From: Utricularia gibba
Taxonomy: Eukaryota > Plantae > Magnoliophyta
Length of the DNA stretch: 64,000 nucleotides
Assembly: GCA_002189035.1 (NCBI GenBank)
Contig: NEEC01000019.1
Coordinates: 1,984,001-2,048,000, forward strand
Direction: 5' to 3'
The translations under genes and the position numbers were made by a program. The notes under the pieces are model-generated. The model was not told the origin of the DNA, ran no database searches, and was given only the letters and a program-made list of their open reading frames with translations. The stretch's first letter is position 1. Every line of letters starts with the position of its first letter. This document shows, piece after piece, positions 25,781 through 38,116 of this stretch.

Positions 25781-27798
25781 TTAATTCTGGGAAATATTTA
25801 TTCTGGCCTTCATCATCTCTTTTGCAACTTCCGACACCAAATCACTGGCACTGTATTCAACACCAAGGGATCGTGCTACCTCCATGTTAGGGTTGAGCAA
25901 GTACCTGCTCATTGGAGGAAAAAAATGTCGGTTTTGTATCTGCAGCGCATATCTCATGTTGGGAGAGAAGTCAAGGGTTCAATCAAACTTGAGTGTGTCT
26001 GTGTTATTTGCACTTAAATCGAGTGTAAAAATGCGGGGACTGGACAATGGATGCAAAAGGCTAGAAGCATACATGTTGTGGGAACACTCGACCAGGTAAT
26101 CATCTCCTTCTTCGTCCACTTTTTTAAAGAACACTCTGTATTCCTGCGCCATCTGCCGAACAGACGCAGCCGGCCCAGTAAGTCCAACAATCCTGGAGTC
26201 AAACTCTACATGCCAGCAAGTTACCATATCAAGAATCATTTCAGAAATGAAGAAAAGCAACAGAACAGCTTCTTTGGTGGAAAAACTAGAAGAATTCATG
26301 TCATTGCTTCTTATGCCAAGACTGAGAGGAACTAAATGCAAATCAGTAGGCGTATGTGAGATGAAAAAAGACAGACAGAAAACAATACATTATATAAAAG
26401 AATGGTGAAGAAGAAATTCTTCAAGGAAGTGGGATAATGGACGCAAGCAACCATACTGCAGATGTGATGCAGATTCACAAATTATGATGTTTCTCAAGAA
26501 AATGGAAGTCTCACCACCCAGGTAGGCTTTAAGTTGAGATGGGTTATCTCGCTGAGGATCGATTGTGACAAATATTGGCAGCACCCTGAGTTTCAGCGTT
26601 GATTCTGTTTTTCAATTCAAGGAAAGAATTTCAGTAACAAAATAAAAGAGATGAAAAGAAATCATGAAGCTGGTAAACATGAATGAGACCTAAGGTCTGT
26701 ATAGCACTCGCCATCTTTTGAACTTCCGCGGGACCAACATCAGGGGATGAAGTGTAGCCAAAATACAGAAGGACCCAATTTCCTAAAAGATTCTTCTCAG
26801 TTACAACTTGGCCCTGTGTGTCAATAAGACTGAAGGGGCCACCTATCATCGGCCCTTGAAAAAGGCTGCTTCTTTCGAACTTTTCACCCTTACCTGCACC
26901 ACTTTCAAAGAAGAGAGTAAATAAAATATATGGCAGCAGGGAGGAAACATTTTAACAAACTGGTTTTGGAAAACTACCACAAGTGGTTTACGAATCCCAG
27001 GGAAAACAAAAGACAGCCTCATCCTAAAAGATAAGTTATAACCTTTTGGTATTGCTCTGTTTTCATCGTTGTAGTGCAAGAAAATTAGCAGTCCACTGAT
27101 TCCAGCGATGACAGAACCGGGCTGCAAAGACAAAACTATGGTAAAGATTAAAAAAACAAACAAAAAAACAGATCAAAACATATATAAGAGTCACAATACC
27201 ATACAATAAAAAAAATTCTCCATGGCACAACAGCTGCAGACTGCTCTGGTAATGGATAAGGCGGCTTTCCCTTCTTGCCAGCGGAAGACCCCATGTCAGT
27301 GCAATACCTCTTTGAGCCATCAAACCTGCGAAGAATGATGTTAACAAAGATCCATAGGATGTTACTGTTGAAAAGGGAGGCACACTTGTTGACATATATT
27401 TTGCTGGAAACCAGGATTTTGAGGTGTGATCAACAGGAAAAGAGAAACACAACGAAAGCCCAACTAAATCGACCATCAATTTTCAACACCGTGAAACCAG
27501 AGTCAAAACAAGATATTAGTAAATGGCAGAAGCAAGGATAGAGCAGTGTATATTCTTTCCTTTCCTTCTCCAAAAAAATAACCAGAGGAACACACAAAAG
27601 AAAAGAGAGCAACTTTACTTATAAAAATTGAAAAACCGGTAACAGGAATGAAATCCGAAGGTACTCTCACCCCAAGCATGCACCCAAAAAGTTGAATTTA
27701 CTAGGAAACAAATTGAAAAATCACCGTCTAAGAATCCGAGGGATCGATTGTGAGTTTCTTTGAAAGGAGAGGGCAATCCTCCTTGCCAATAGCGCCAT
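25781..27798 (-). CDS. HCC2: Mitochondrial SCO-family protein HCC2 (lacks the CxxxC copper motif); multi-exon
   Basis: Presequence MALLARRIALSFQRNSQSIPRILRR|FDGSKRYC, then FLHYNDENRAIPK, IGGPFSLIDTQG, LYFGYTSSPDVGP (SxxxG instead of CxxxC), FVTIDPQRD, RQMAQEYRVFFKK, SHNM|YLLNP. Confidence 0.9.
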
Positions 27799-28905
27799 TC
27801 TTCAGGTTCTTCCGCCCCTTCGTCAGTGCAAAGTGTAGTAATTTCCGCATAGTTCTGCCATCTCAAACTCAATTGCCAGCACCAAATAAACTGGAAGGAA
27901 GATATGGGACGTCGAGAAGATGGCGCCCTGCATTCAGCAACCAACGACGCCGCCGTCTAGAAGCTGCTAACGTGCTCCCCAAGCACGCAGGAAGTGTCTG
28001 GTAGGGATATACAAACCCAATTTCCCATTTTCGATTCAAAACAATACCCTAATTTCAAAATTAACGATGACCTGTCCTTACAAAAGTGTGCTTCCTCGGT
28101 AGTATTTAAATAATGATAATAACAAAACCACATACCACATGCACTGCCTCAAGAATCAAATCCATTCTTCAATATAGTTTTAGATTAAATTTAATTATTT
28201 TCATAGTGATTGAATTTGATTTAATAATTTTAATTATATTTTAAAATATTTAAAACGTACCTCAATACACAAATTGTGCAATTTCAATAAATGTATTGAA
28301 TTTCAGTCATTCAATAAGCTAATAAAGATACATTTCAATAATTATAAATCTTAAACACACCTATAATAGGAAAATTTATAAAACTGAAAAAATATGGTAC
28401 TTAACAAATACCAAATCCTGACATGACACATGTGTAATTATTAAGTCTGAATCTAAGGTATTTTGTAAATTTATAACAAAAGCAGTGGAGATAATTGTGG
28501 TGGAAATGGTACTTCAAAAATGCAAACGCCCGGTAGATGCCGTAATTCAAGGATTCTACAAGCAAAACTTGGTAAAAACGCCGGGACTTCAACAAATGAA
28601 GATCCCGCCGGTCGGAGGATATGTTCTAAAAAGGGTGACTTTTGGCCGGATATTGATGAGTCTCCTCCTCAGGGATGTCTTGTCACCATCCTAAGTACAT
28701 AACACAAGAATGTACGATGAACAGTGGAAACCACTCAAAGCTACATAAAACGCAGGCATGACTTTGCACCTGCCGCTAACTGGGGTGGTGTTTGGTCTCC
28801 GGAGAGAACTTGGAGCTGAAATCGAAGCAACTAAACGGAACTTATCTAATCTGTACAACCAACACACTTCCAAACGAAACAGCTAGTTTACTTATACCCA
28901 AAAAT

Positions 28906-30207
28906 CTATGATCCCAAGGTGCGGAGGCTGGGTGACCAGCAGTTGGTTCCATAGGAACTTCCATATTCATCACCCCACAAGGAATCAAGTTTCATCCCAC
29001 ACTCAGACAACTCATTTGTCAGGTTGTTTGAGTCTGCTGCTGCTGCTGCTGCTGCTGTTTCCTCGTCAAATATCATTCCATCTTCCATGAGCTTCTCCCA
29101 CAACACGAAATTCTCGGAGCAAGAGTCTAAGCTAGTGATCTCTGAGGAATTCTCGGCCTTCTGCTCGTCGGATGTAGAGAAATGCGTGTGTATTTCGGAT
29201 GGGATAGTAGGCAGCTCCTGAGCTCCAGGCCTTTGGTCGTGATCAGGTTCCGTTGGTTCATTCACAAATGAGCTTTCTATCCTTCTCTTCTTTTGAGCTT
29301 TTTCGAAAGAGTGCTGCAAGAATGAGGGGTTTCTCAGGGACTTCATCATGAACTTAAGGGTATGCTTCTGTTTCATTTCCGTGTCCTGAAGACGCTTCGC
29401 AATACCCATCACATAATGCTGCATCGTTTCCTGGTTCTGCTTCAGCTTAAACACTTCTGTCTGTAAAGCAATACGATCCACTCTCAACTTTTCAAGCTCT
29501 ACTTCAACCCCGTATCTCGAGGAATCAAACCATGATTTTGAAGCTCCCTGCTGCATTATAATCGGGGAACTCTGCTTTCGTCTCTTGATATACTTGAGCA
29601 AATTCTTCTTCCCCTGCTGAAAGCCTTCATTCGCAAATTCCCATCTCTCTGAATCAATCTTCCTGAACCTCTGCCATCAAAGAAGCAGCAAAGATTTCAA
29701 CATGAAGGTTTCCAGAAAATCATGATAACCAACTGAAAAACGAACATTACTGAGGCATAAATAAACACACAGATCTTCTTCATCAAACTGATAGTGAAAA
29801 AATTGCAACAGTGATCAGCGCAAGAATCATGCTTGAGAATCCTTGAAAGCAGTAAGGAAGAGGCGTACGTAGGTGTTGAGCTGGCGAACGAAACTGGAGA
29901 AATTGTTGTGCTTGAAGTATTTAGGCAACAAGTCGGAAGAAAACGCGTGGGGATCCCAAACAACGAAGCTCGCCTTCGACGGACTCCACGATATAATCGA
30001 ATTGGTATTGGGATCATCCACCATCTCAAACGTCTTCTTCAGAAACGGCGGTGGCTGCAGCGTCTCATTCTCCTTCAACCCGTCGATCGGAAGCGTCGAC
30101 CACCGCCGCCTCCGCCGCTCGTAGCTCCCACTCCCATCTCCGCCAGCAACACTGTCTTGCTCCTCAAGAAACTCTTGCTTCACAGAGAAGACTCCCGCCA
30201 TTGGCAC
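28906..30207 (-). CDS. Class A heat-stress transcription factor (A2/A6/A7/A9-like); 2 exons (30207-29869, 29670-28906)
   Basis: [18 protein letters not shown]...[17 protein letters not shown]|RFRKID with the conserved HSF intron, class A HR-A/B region, NLS KKRRI, aromatic/acidic AHA-like [11 protein letters not shown]. Confidence 0.9.
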
Positions 30208-30799
30208 TCAAGTTTCCGCGTTGAAGTTGGGCAAAGACAGAGGGGATATGTATAGGGGAAAAAACGTGCGGTGGCTGGGGAACTACGCTGCGCATCTGTG
30301 TGCGCGCCGGCGACGTGGCTGTACATGTGGAGAGAAAAGAGACATGAGAGAGAAGAAAAAAAGGTGATGGCTTACCTAAACCCCAAAGATCAACCGGTAC
30401 TTAGTGGGAAAAGGATAAGGGATGCAATATAATAATAAAACAAATACAAATTATCTCCAGAATAAATGAATTTAAAACAAATAGGATATGCTTTGTTTTC
30501 TTACCCGTTTTCTAGGGATGACACGGCCCAGACGCCTCCACGTGGAGATACAACGACACTAAGAAAAGCGCGCCAACGCCACCTAATTTGCACCCCAAGC
30601 CAACGCTGCTGCAGGGCCACTCTCGGTCTGTGCAGGCTTGATTCCCATTCCCATGCATTGCATCCCAAAACTTCCTACCGGTTTCAAGAGGTGATTTAGT
30701 CCCTCTGCGTCAAGCTTGGTTGAGCAGAGAGTTGTGCTCGGGAGCTCTGTGGAAGTGGAGGGTGCAGCCACTGAGGTCCCTTTTCATTGATTGGTGCTT

Positions 30800-32560
30800 A
30801 CGAGCATGAAGCAGAGTACCCTAGAATTCAATCATCTGAACAGTTCTTGGCCAAGGAGACAAAATTGGTTCCACTTGGAACCACCCTCTCAGGCATCCCA
30901 CTAGCTGCATATCCTGGGTGATGGTTTTACAACTGGAAGCAGGAGCTTCGCTAGGTCTTGTGGGGAGTTCATTTTGCTTGAGCTTGTGTTTGTCCCCAGG
31001 GGGTAGTTCTTCGCTGCAATCCACTCACTGGGCACAGCACCTTCGGGGGGCAGCCGAAGGGGGCATTGGGGGGAGCCTTCGCTGGAGTTAATCCTACTTT
31101 CGCCATAGCTTCGGTTATTTAACACGGAAACGAACTTGAAATCAGTCTTACGGAACTTTTGAGATGATCCATACAAGATCTTCGACGTTTGTTTTGAGGA
31201 GACAACTCAGAGCTGGCAACTGCTGATGCCAGGAATGGTTTCTGGAAACAAGTCCTATACTCACAAATGATCATTAACCATCCAAAACGTTAACCAAAAG
31301 GGTATCCAGAGAGCTACACAAGACTTGAGAAATACAGGGAAGTTTTACCTGATGCGAAAATAAACAGCTGGCGCCTCCTTTCATGCAAGAGTTGCGAGCA
31401 AAATGGCAATACGCCTTCAAGATCTCACCGAGGATAAAAAAATGAGAATTCTTTTCCTTATCTCGGCACCGTAAATGAATGTATCTAACACATGCCTTCA
31501 AAATGAGTCAATGGTTGAACATCTTAAATTTGGTCAATGGAGCAGTGTCATGAGAGATGTTGCAGTTTTCGCATTGTAAAAACAAGCACGCGGTATCTAA
31601 CACGGCTTAGAGAACCATTACAGGCAACAGAAAATAGATTTTAGCATTGAAAAGTTTCGAAAAACCTCAGAGCATCTTCTTTTAAGATAATGATGGCTTT
31701 TTGCCTTTGTCTTCACAGCTGGTAACAACTTCAATCTTGACGCCAGATTCCCTGTTCTTTTCTACTCGTTTCATTCTTTCCCTTTTCTAATGAAGAAGGA
31801 AAAAGTGGTATATGAAATAATTAAGTAATTAATTGAGTATAAACGGTTAGCATTTCTTTATGTCTTCAGTTTTTGTTACATGGTCTTATTTTCTACATGC
31901 ATACCTTTTTCCTAGGCTTTTGCTTTAAAGAAGGGAACTATCTTTTCTTTTTTCTCAACTTGCTCTCCTGTGGGGATTTTCACATCAGATTCCAACAGTT
32001 CAGTTGCGGTACGTAGTTAAAATTCACCTCAAAGTCTAAAATTTTCAGTATAACAAAAGGTGGCTGTATAAGAATGTACCTGGTTGCCCAAGATACTATT
32101 ACTCAAGGCAGTCGAAGACAGAAGTTGCTTCTCCGAACTTCACTTCTGAAATTTCCATTCTTACAGCCAACGCCTTCTTGATCATGCAGTAACACATCTT
32201 TTTCATCCTCCATCTCTTGATCATTTCACATACCATTAAAATATTCCACTGAAGCAGGTAACCTTTTTCCAGGCCTCTCCCTTACCAAAGGCAAGTCATC
32301 AAATAATGAATCCATGGTGCTGTCGTATCCCACTATCCCCAGATATTCCACCTTCTTCAATTTCTACATTAGAATTTGGGTGGCTTGAAGATGGTGGTTC
32401 ACTTGAACTGCATATGAGCTTCTCCAGTTCCTTCTCCTACATCCCCAATTCATGCTGAACCCCATTATACATGTTCTCTGTCATATAACCTACTTTTTGA
32501 CGATTTAAAACCATATCTATATCCATACAACGAGAGAAGAACTTCAGAAAATCATCAATA
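30800..32560 (-). pseudogene. Pseudogene of a tandem CCCH zinc-finger protein (EMB1789/C3H65-like); boundaries approximate
   Basis: Collinear remnants EIEEGGISGD (32341-32364), KRVEKNRESGVK-[fs]-LKLLPAVKTK, HHYLK.RCSE, ENCNISHDTAPLTKFK, YCHFARNSCMKG|GASCLFSHQ; with stops, frameshifts and mutated splice sites. Confidence 0.7.
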
Positions 32561-32737
32561 AAAGTGCCAACTCATCCATCCGAATATCAAGAATACTGCA
32601 AACGTTTATTTGGCGCAGCTTCATCAGTATTTCCACTTAGCAAGTGTTACAGCGTAACTATACTCCAACTAATTTTCAAGAAGAGAAGGGTGTTCGAGGA
32701 GATGAAGAGGTAAGGTAGGAGAGGAGATGATACCATT

Positions 32738-33113
32738 TGTGTGATATCGACTACGCGCAACAAGGAGATAGAACAGAATGGAAAAAAGACATTCATTACA
32801 TAGTCATCGCAAATCATCCAAAAACTACATATTTGTAGAGAATAACCGGTCGTCTACAAAAGTGATATGCTTGAAATCTAATGATGTGATCTACTTGGAG
32901 ATCTAATGATGGCTATACTAGTTACTAACAACTTGATTTAATAATGAGTCCCCACTTTCAATTTTAGAACGTTGCCTATGGTGGCTTTTCATGAATTTCC
33001 TGACTGTTGAGCTAATTCAACTGAATTAACAAGTATATCTCCTCTTTGGTCGGGTTTGTCTTCTTTGCGTTTCTTCGATGTAACTGCACACTGAAAAATC
33101 TATTTTTGTTACA
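32738..33113 (-). mobile_element. Probable LTR (about 376 bp, TG...CA) of the adjacent gypsy element
   Basis: On the minus strand TGTAAC starts right after the chromodomain end WGQGSLDPQDN (degenerate PPT position); the segment ends CACACA and is followed by AA-TGGTATCA. There is no second LTR to confirm the boundaries. Confidence 0.6.
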
Positions 33114-35120
33114 TTATCCTGCGGATCGAGAGAGCCTTGACCCCAAGGCTCAAAGTCAGGAAAATGACGTCGAAGCCAAGAAGCATCTTCCCAAGTGGCG
33201 TGTGCTGGGTGCGCATCAGCCCACTAGATAAGTAATTGAAGGCAGGGGAGACAATTGCGAGAAATGAGACGACGATTCAAGATACGAGAGGGGTGAGGAT
33301 GGGTTTTCCGTCATTAGAATACTGGGGTAAGTTAGGAGTGGGGAGAGTTTGGGGCTGATACATTTTTTGAGAAGGGACACATGAAAAACTGGGTGGATTT
33401 TGGAGTCAGCCGGTAAATCTAATCGATATGCAACTGTGCCAATTTTTTCCAGAATGGGATAGGGGCCAAAATAGCGGCAGGAAAGTTTCAGATTTCGGCG
33501 AATGGCAACCGAGGTTTGACGATAGGGTTGGAGCTTCAGATATACTAAGTCACCAGGTTGGAAAAGGCGTTCAGAACGATGTTGATCAGCATAAGTTTTC
33601 ATGCGATTTTGGGCTTGCTGTAAGTTGCCTTTGAGTAACTGGAGCATTTGTAAGCGATATTGAAGGGAGGGGATGGGTTCATTGAGAGAGGAAGGGGGTG
33701 GGGTGCCAGGAAGGTGGGAAGGGGTATACCCATATAGAGCCTCAAAGGGGGTCATTTTCAAGCTGGTGTGATAAGAGGTATTGTACCAATATTCAGCCAT
33801 GGCAAGCCAAGAAGTCCATTTTTTGGGTTGGTGGTGGCATACAGCACGAAGGTATGTCTCCAAACATTGGTTCACCCGTTCAGTCTGCCCATCAGATTGA
33901 GGGTGATATGAAGTAGAGAGGTTTAATTGGATATCAAGGCGCTTACAAAGGAGGGACCAGAAATGACTGGTGAACAGTTTATCTCGATCGGAGATAATAT
34001 TAGTGGGTAGCCCATGGAGTTTATAGATGTTGTCCAGAAAGATCTCGGAGACCATTTCCGCAGAGAATGGGTGAGCTAAGGGGAAAAAGTGTGCATACTT
34101 CATTAAGCGGTCCACCACCACAAAAATCACCGTTTTTCCATGAGAAATAGGTAAACCTTCAATGAAATCCATACTAATCGAACTCCATTGTTTCTCAAGA
34201 ATAGGAAGAGGTTGGAGCAAACCGGGAGATGCTGATCTATCAAAATGAATTTGACGACAGGTCCCACATTCTTGAACCCATTGTTCAATATGTTTATGCA
34301 TATTCTTCCAATAAAAATACCTTTTCAGGCGTTGGTAGGTGGTGTGGGCACCCGAGTGGCCCCCAATGGCAGAAGAGTGAAGGGCCAAGAAAAATTTGCC
34401 TTGAAGGTCTTTATCAGCGCCAATGCACCATCGGCCTTATATTTGAGTAGGTCATTGTGGAGTTGAAATTTGGGAAAAGATGAGGGGTCCGCTAATTTAC
34501 TAATATAAATGTCATGAAGATAAGGATTTTGTTTATAACTGTGTTGTATCTCCAGGAGCCATTCCGGTTGTAAGGAAGAAAGGATAAAGAGATGTGCTGT
34601 GCATGAGAGAGCATCTGCTGCCAAATTCTCACAGCCATGTTTGTAGTGAATGTCAAAATCATATCCAATTAATTTTGACATCCATTTCTGTTGAAAAAGA
34701 GTGCCTAAACCTTGCTCCTTCAAGAATCGCAAGCTTTGATGGTCTGTTTTGACAGTGAAATGGCCGCTCATCAAATAGTGTTTCCAATAAAGAATAGCTT
34801 GTACCACTGTAATTAATTCCTTTTCATATATAGATTTTCCCAAAAATTTGTCACCCAGAGCCTTTGAAAAATAAGCAATAGGATGTCCGTCTTGAGTAAG
34901 AACTGCGCCAATCCCAGGGTCACATGCGTCAGTTTCCACAATAAATGGCTTATGGAAGTTGGGGAGAGATAATACCGGGGCAGAAGAGACCACTTGTTTT
35001 AATAAGTGAAGTGTGTGAGTCACATCATCGTTTCAACCGAAATTATATTTCTTCAATAATTGGGTGAGAGGACGACTAATCAGCCCATAACCATGTATAA
35101 AACGTCTATAATAGCCAGTT
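33114..35120 (-). mobile_element. Ty3/gypsy chromovirus (Reina-like) pol remnant: RT C-terminus, RNase H, integrase and chromodomain; 5' part missing
   Basis: [41 protein letters not shown] finger (H..GGHSG...CGTC), D,D-35-E ([16 protein letters not shown]), YFGPY, FHVSLLK, chromodomain remnant ...ATWEDA...FP...WGQG; W-to-stop near 35035 and several frameshifts. Confidence 0.93.
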
Positions 35121-35658
35121 ATTATACATAAAATATGAAATATTTTAATTTAAATATGAAATATATATCAATATATTTCATGTTTCTATATTTTTATCCG
35201 TGTATTAACATATTAAAAAACAATAATAAATATAGCATTATTTTGAATTTAAATTGTATAATAAAAAATTAATAAAATTAATAATATTATTTATTCTAGT
35301 ATTCATTTTCTTATCCATTCTTATCTTGTTTATTTATATTATTACAGATACAACCAAATTTTCCACATTATTAAAAAAAGTTTATTACAAAAATTAATAT
35401 GCTAGGAGTTCACGTGGAACACGACTGAATGAGAAATTGTAGTTGCACTCTGGTTCTATTTAAACTAGCGTCGCCATGTTGCACTCATCAATGGCTCCGA
35501 CGCCAGCAATGATGATCCCTCAAAGTACTGTTTTGATATTCAATTCTGGGCTTCCGTGGAGTCCAATTCCCATTGAGCCGCCCAGGCGCTTCATATGATA
35601 TTTCAGATTTTGGATCTGCTTCTGGGTTCATTTGATCAGCTGTCTCTGAGCATCGACT

Positions 35659-37076
35659 ATGGATCCAAAATTCAGGAAAGGTGATTCCCAGTTCATGGTT
35701 TCGTCGTCCTCTGAGCTTTTGCAGCGAAGCTGCAACAACCCATTTTCTAAATGTAAGATTTTTGTCATCTCTCACCTACGATTAATTTTCATTCCGCTGC
35801 TTGTAGCTCTTGCCCTCGCCGTTTTGTTCTTCTCCACTCATCCTGCTGCTTCAAATGTCATGGGTACTTCCAATTATCAATTCGCAAGACCCCTCTCAAA
35901 GCTGAGAAAACCCGTTGTTATACTCATCTCAAGTGATGGTTTTCGATTTGGTTATCAATACAAAACCGATACCCCAAACATCGATGAACTGATTCGAAAC
36001 GGGGTTGAAGCGGATCTGGGGTTGATTCCTTCTTTCCCGACGATTACTTTCCCCAATCATTACACCATCGCTACCGGGTTGTACCCCCATACCATGGAAT
36101 TATCATGAACCGTTTCACTGACCCGGTATCTGGGGACCTCTTCACCATGGCTAATCATGACCCCAAATGGTGGCTTGGTGAACCAGTATGGGAAACAGTA
36201 GTGAAGCTTGGTTTGAAAGCTGCGGTTTACTTTTGGCCCGGTTCTGAGGTCAAGAAAGGTGCTTGGGATTGCCCCAAAACCTTCTGTCCACCTTATAATG
36301 GCTCTGTTCCTTTTGAAGAGAGAGTGGATACTGTTTTGAGCTATTTTGATTTGCCCATTGATGATATCCCTTCTTTCGTTGCTTTATACTTTGAGGATCC
36401 TGATGCTCAAGGACACGAAGTTGGACCAGATGATCCTCGGATCACAGAAGCGGTTGCTAGAATTGATAGAACTATTGGAAGATTGATTGATGGATTAAAA
36501 CAGAGAAGTTTGTTTGAAGATGTTCACATCATTCTTGTTGCTGATCATGGAATGGTGGGAACATGTGATGAAAAGCTCATCTTCCTAGATGATCTAGCTG
36601 AGTGGATTGAAATCCCACCTCAATGGGTTCAATCTTACTCACCCTTGCTAGCAATCACACCAGACTCAAATGTTTCTGCTAAAGATGTGGTGGAGAAGAT
36701 GAACCAGGGATTAGCATCAGCCAGAGTGAAGAATGGGGAGTACTTGAAGGTTTATCTCAAGGAAGATTTACCTCTTCGGCTCCATTACTCAGACAGTTAT
36801 CGAATCCCACCGATTATCGGTTTGCCTGAAGAAGGCTTCACGATTCAGCAAACACCATCGACTGCACAGCAGTGTGGAGGTGCCCATGGGTATGATAACA
36901 AATTTTTCTCAATGAGGGCAATTTTCTTTGCACATGGGCCGAGGTTTCCCAGGGGAAGAAAAGTTCCTTCCTTCGCAAATGTCGAGATATATAATCTGGT
37001 TACCGCCATTCTCAACATCAGCGGAGCTCCGAACAACGGCACGGAGTCTTTCGCGGACGGCATTCTCCTGACTTGA
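35659..37076 (+). CDS. Ectonucleotide pyrophosphatase/phosphodiesterase (type II membrane anchored); intronless, with one apparent 1-nt deletion at about 36084-36088
   Basis: ISSDGFRFGY, catalytic-Thr motif TFPNHYTIATGLYP, FEDPDAQGH, ADHGM, GAHGYDN; adding one base restores YPxYHGIIMN and joins the two ORFs. Confidence 0.85.
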
Positions 37077-38116
37077 AGCCTGAAAATGAGTTTGCAGAAG
37101 GTTCATTTGGATGGGTTTGGACTTGTAACAAAATAACGCCATAGAATTGTAAGGTCATTCCCAATCCTTTCTCTATTAATAAATAATGGTTTTTGGTATA
37201 CTTCCCATTATTCCTGATATATTTAATAAAAAATTGAAATTTATAATGTAGTAGTTTAATTAAAAAACACCATATTGGGTCCAAGATGAATTGTTCATCT
37301 CTATAAATCATTTTAGAATCACCTGTCACATGCATTGATTGGCAATTAAGAGTATCATAGTAAATTGTATACTAACAATTTATTTACAAAGTAACAAGAT
37401 ATCAATGGGGTGGTACATAAGACAAGATTTTTGTATTCACCCATAGGTAAATTTTGAAATGTTCAAACTAGTACACTCCATATGGCAGTGGAACTTATTT
37501 TAGACAGAAAACATAAATTAAACTGGTATACAAACATTATTCATATATTAGGGATATAAAAACTTACATTAGAGTATAAACTTACATAAGTATCAAACGT
37601 CTTTTACCTGGCAATTGTATGATTTGTAGACGATTCATTCTCACTCATGTTTTAACCTGCGCTTAGCTCATCATAATGAAAAACTTGTTCTTTTTCTTTT
37701 AAATTGTGTGGCATAATCCTTACTACAATTCCTTCGTCGAAACTTATTTTATTTCTCATGATGTTATTGTACATATCGATTTTCTGATTTATTTCATCTC
37801 TAAAACCTCTTGATTTTAAGATCAAAGATTATAATCCAATTAATTATCGACATCTCTACATAAAATAAGAAAATTTTGAAGGTAAAAATGTAAGAGAATA
37901 TGGTTTAATGAAAATTTGTCTTTATTTTATATTAAATAATACAAGGTAAGTATATTAATTAAAATAATATTAAAATGTAAATTTATATTTCACGAATTTT
38001 TAGGAAATTCGATATTATGTGATAGGCCCATGGTGGGGAGGTGAATCTATTTTTTAGCAGAAGTTGGAGCATTACTGGTGGTGGTGTACTGGATAACGGC
38101 CGGAGGAAGAAATAAA

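Noticed and set aside
28485-28702. Short + strand ORF (...KKGDFWPDIDESPPQGCLVTILST) after an acceptor-like CAG
   Set aside because: It lies antisense to the probable HSF 3' UTR, has no upstream exon and matches no family I recognise. It remains a low-priority BLAST candidate.
31420-31500. ACVRYIHLRC in ORF 31274-31501 as an extra CCCH finger
   Set aside because: It falls in the intron between two pseudogene exons and lacks the ligand spacing.
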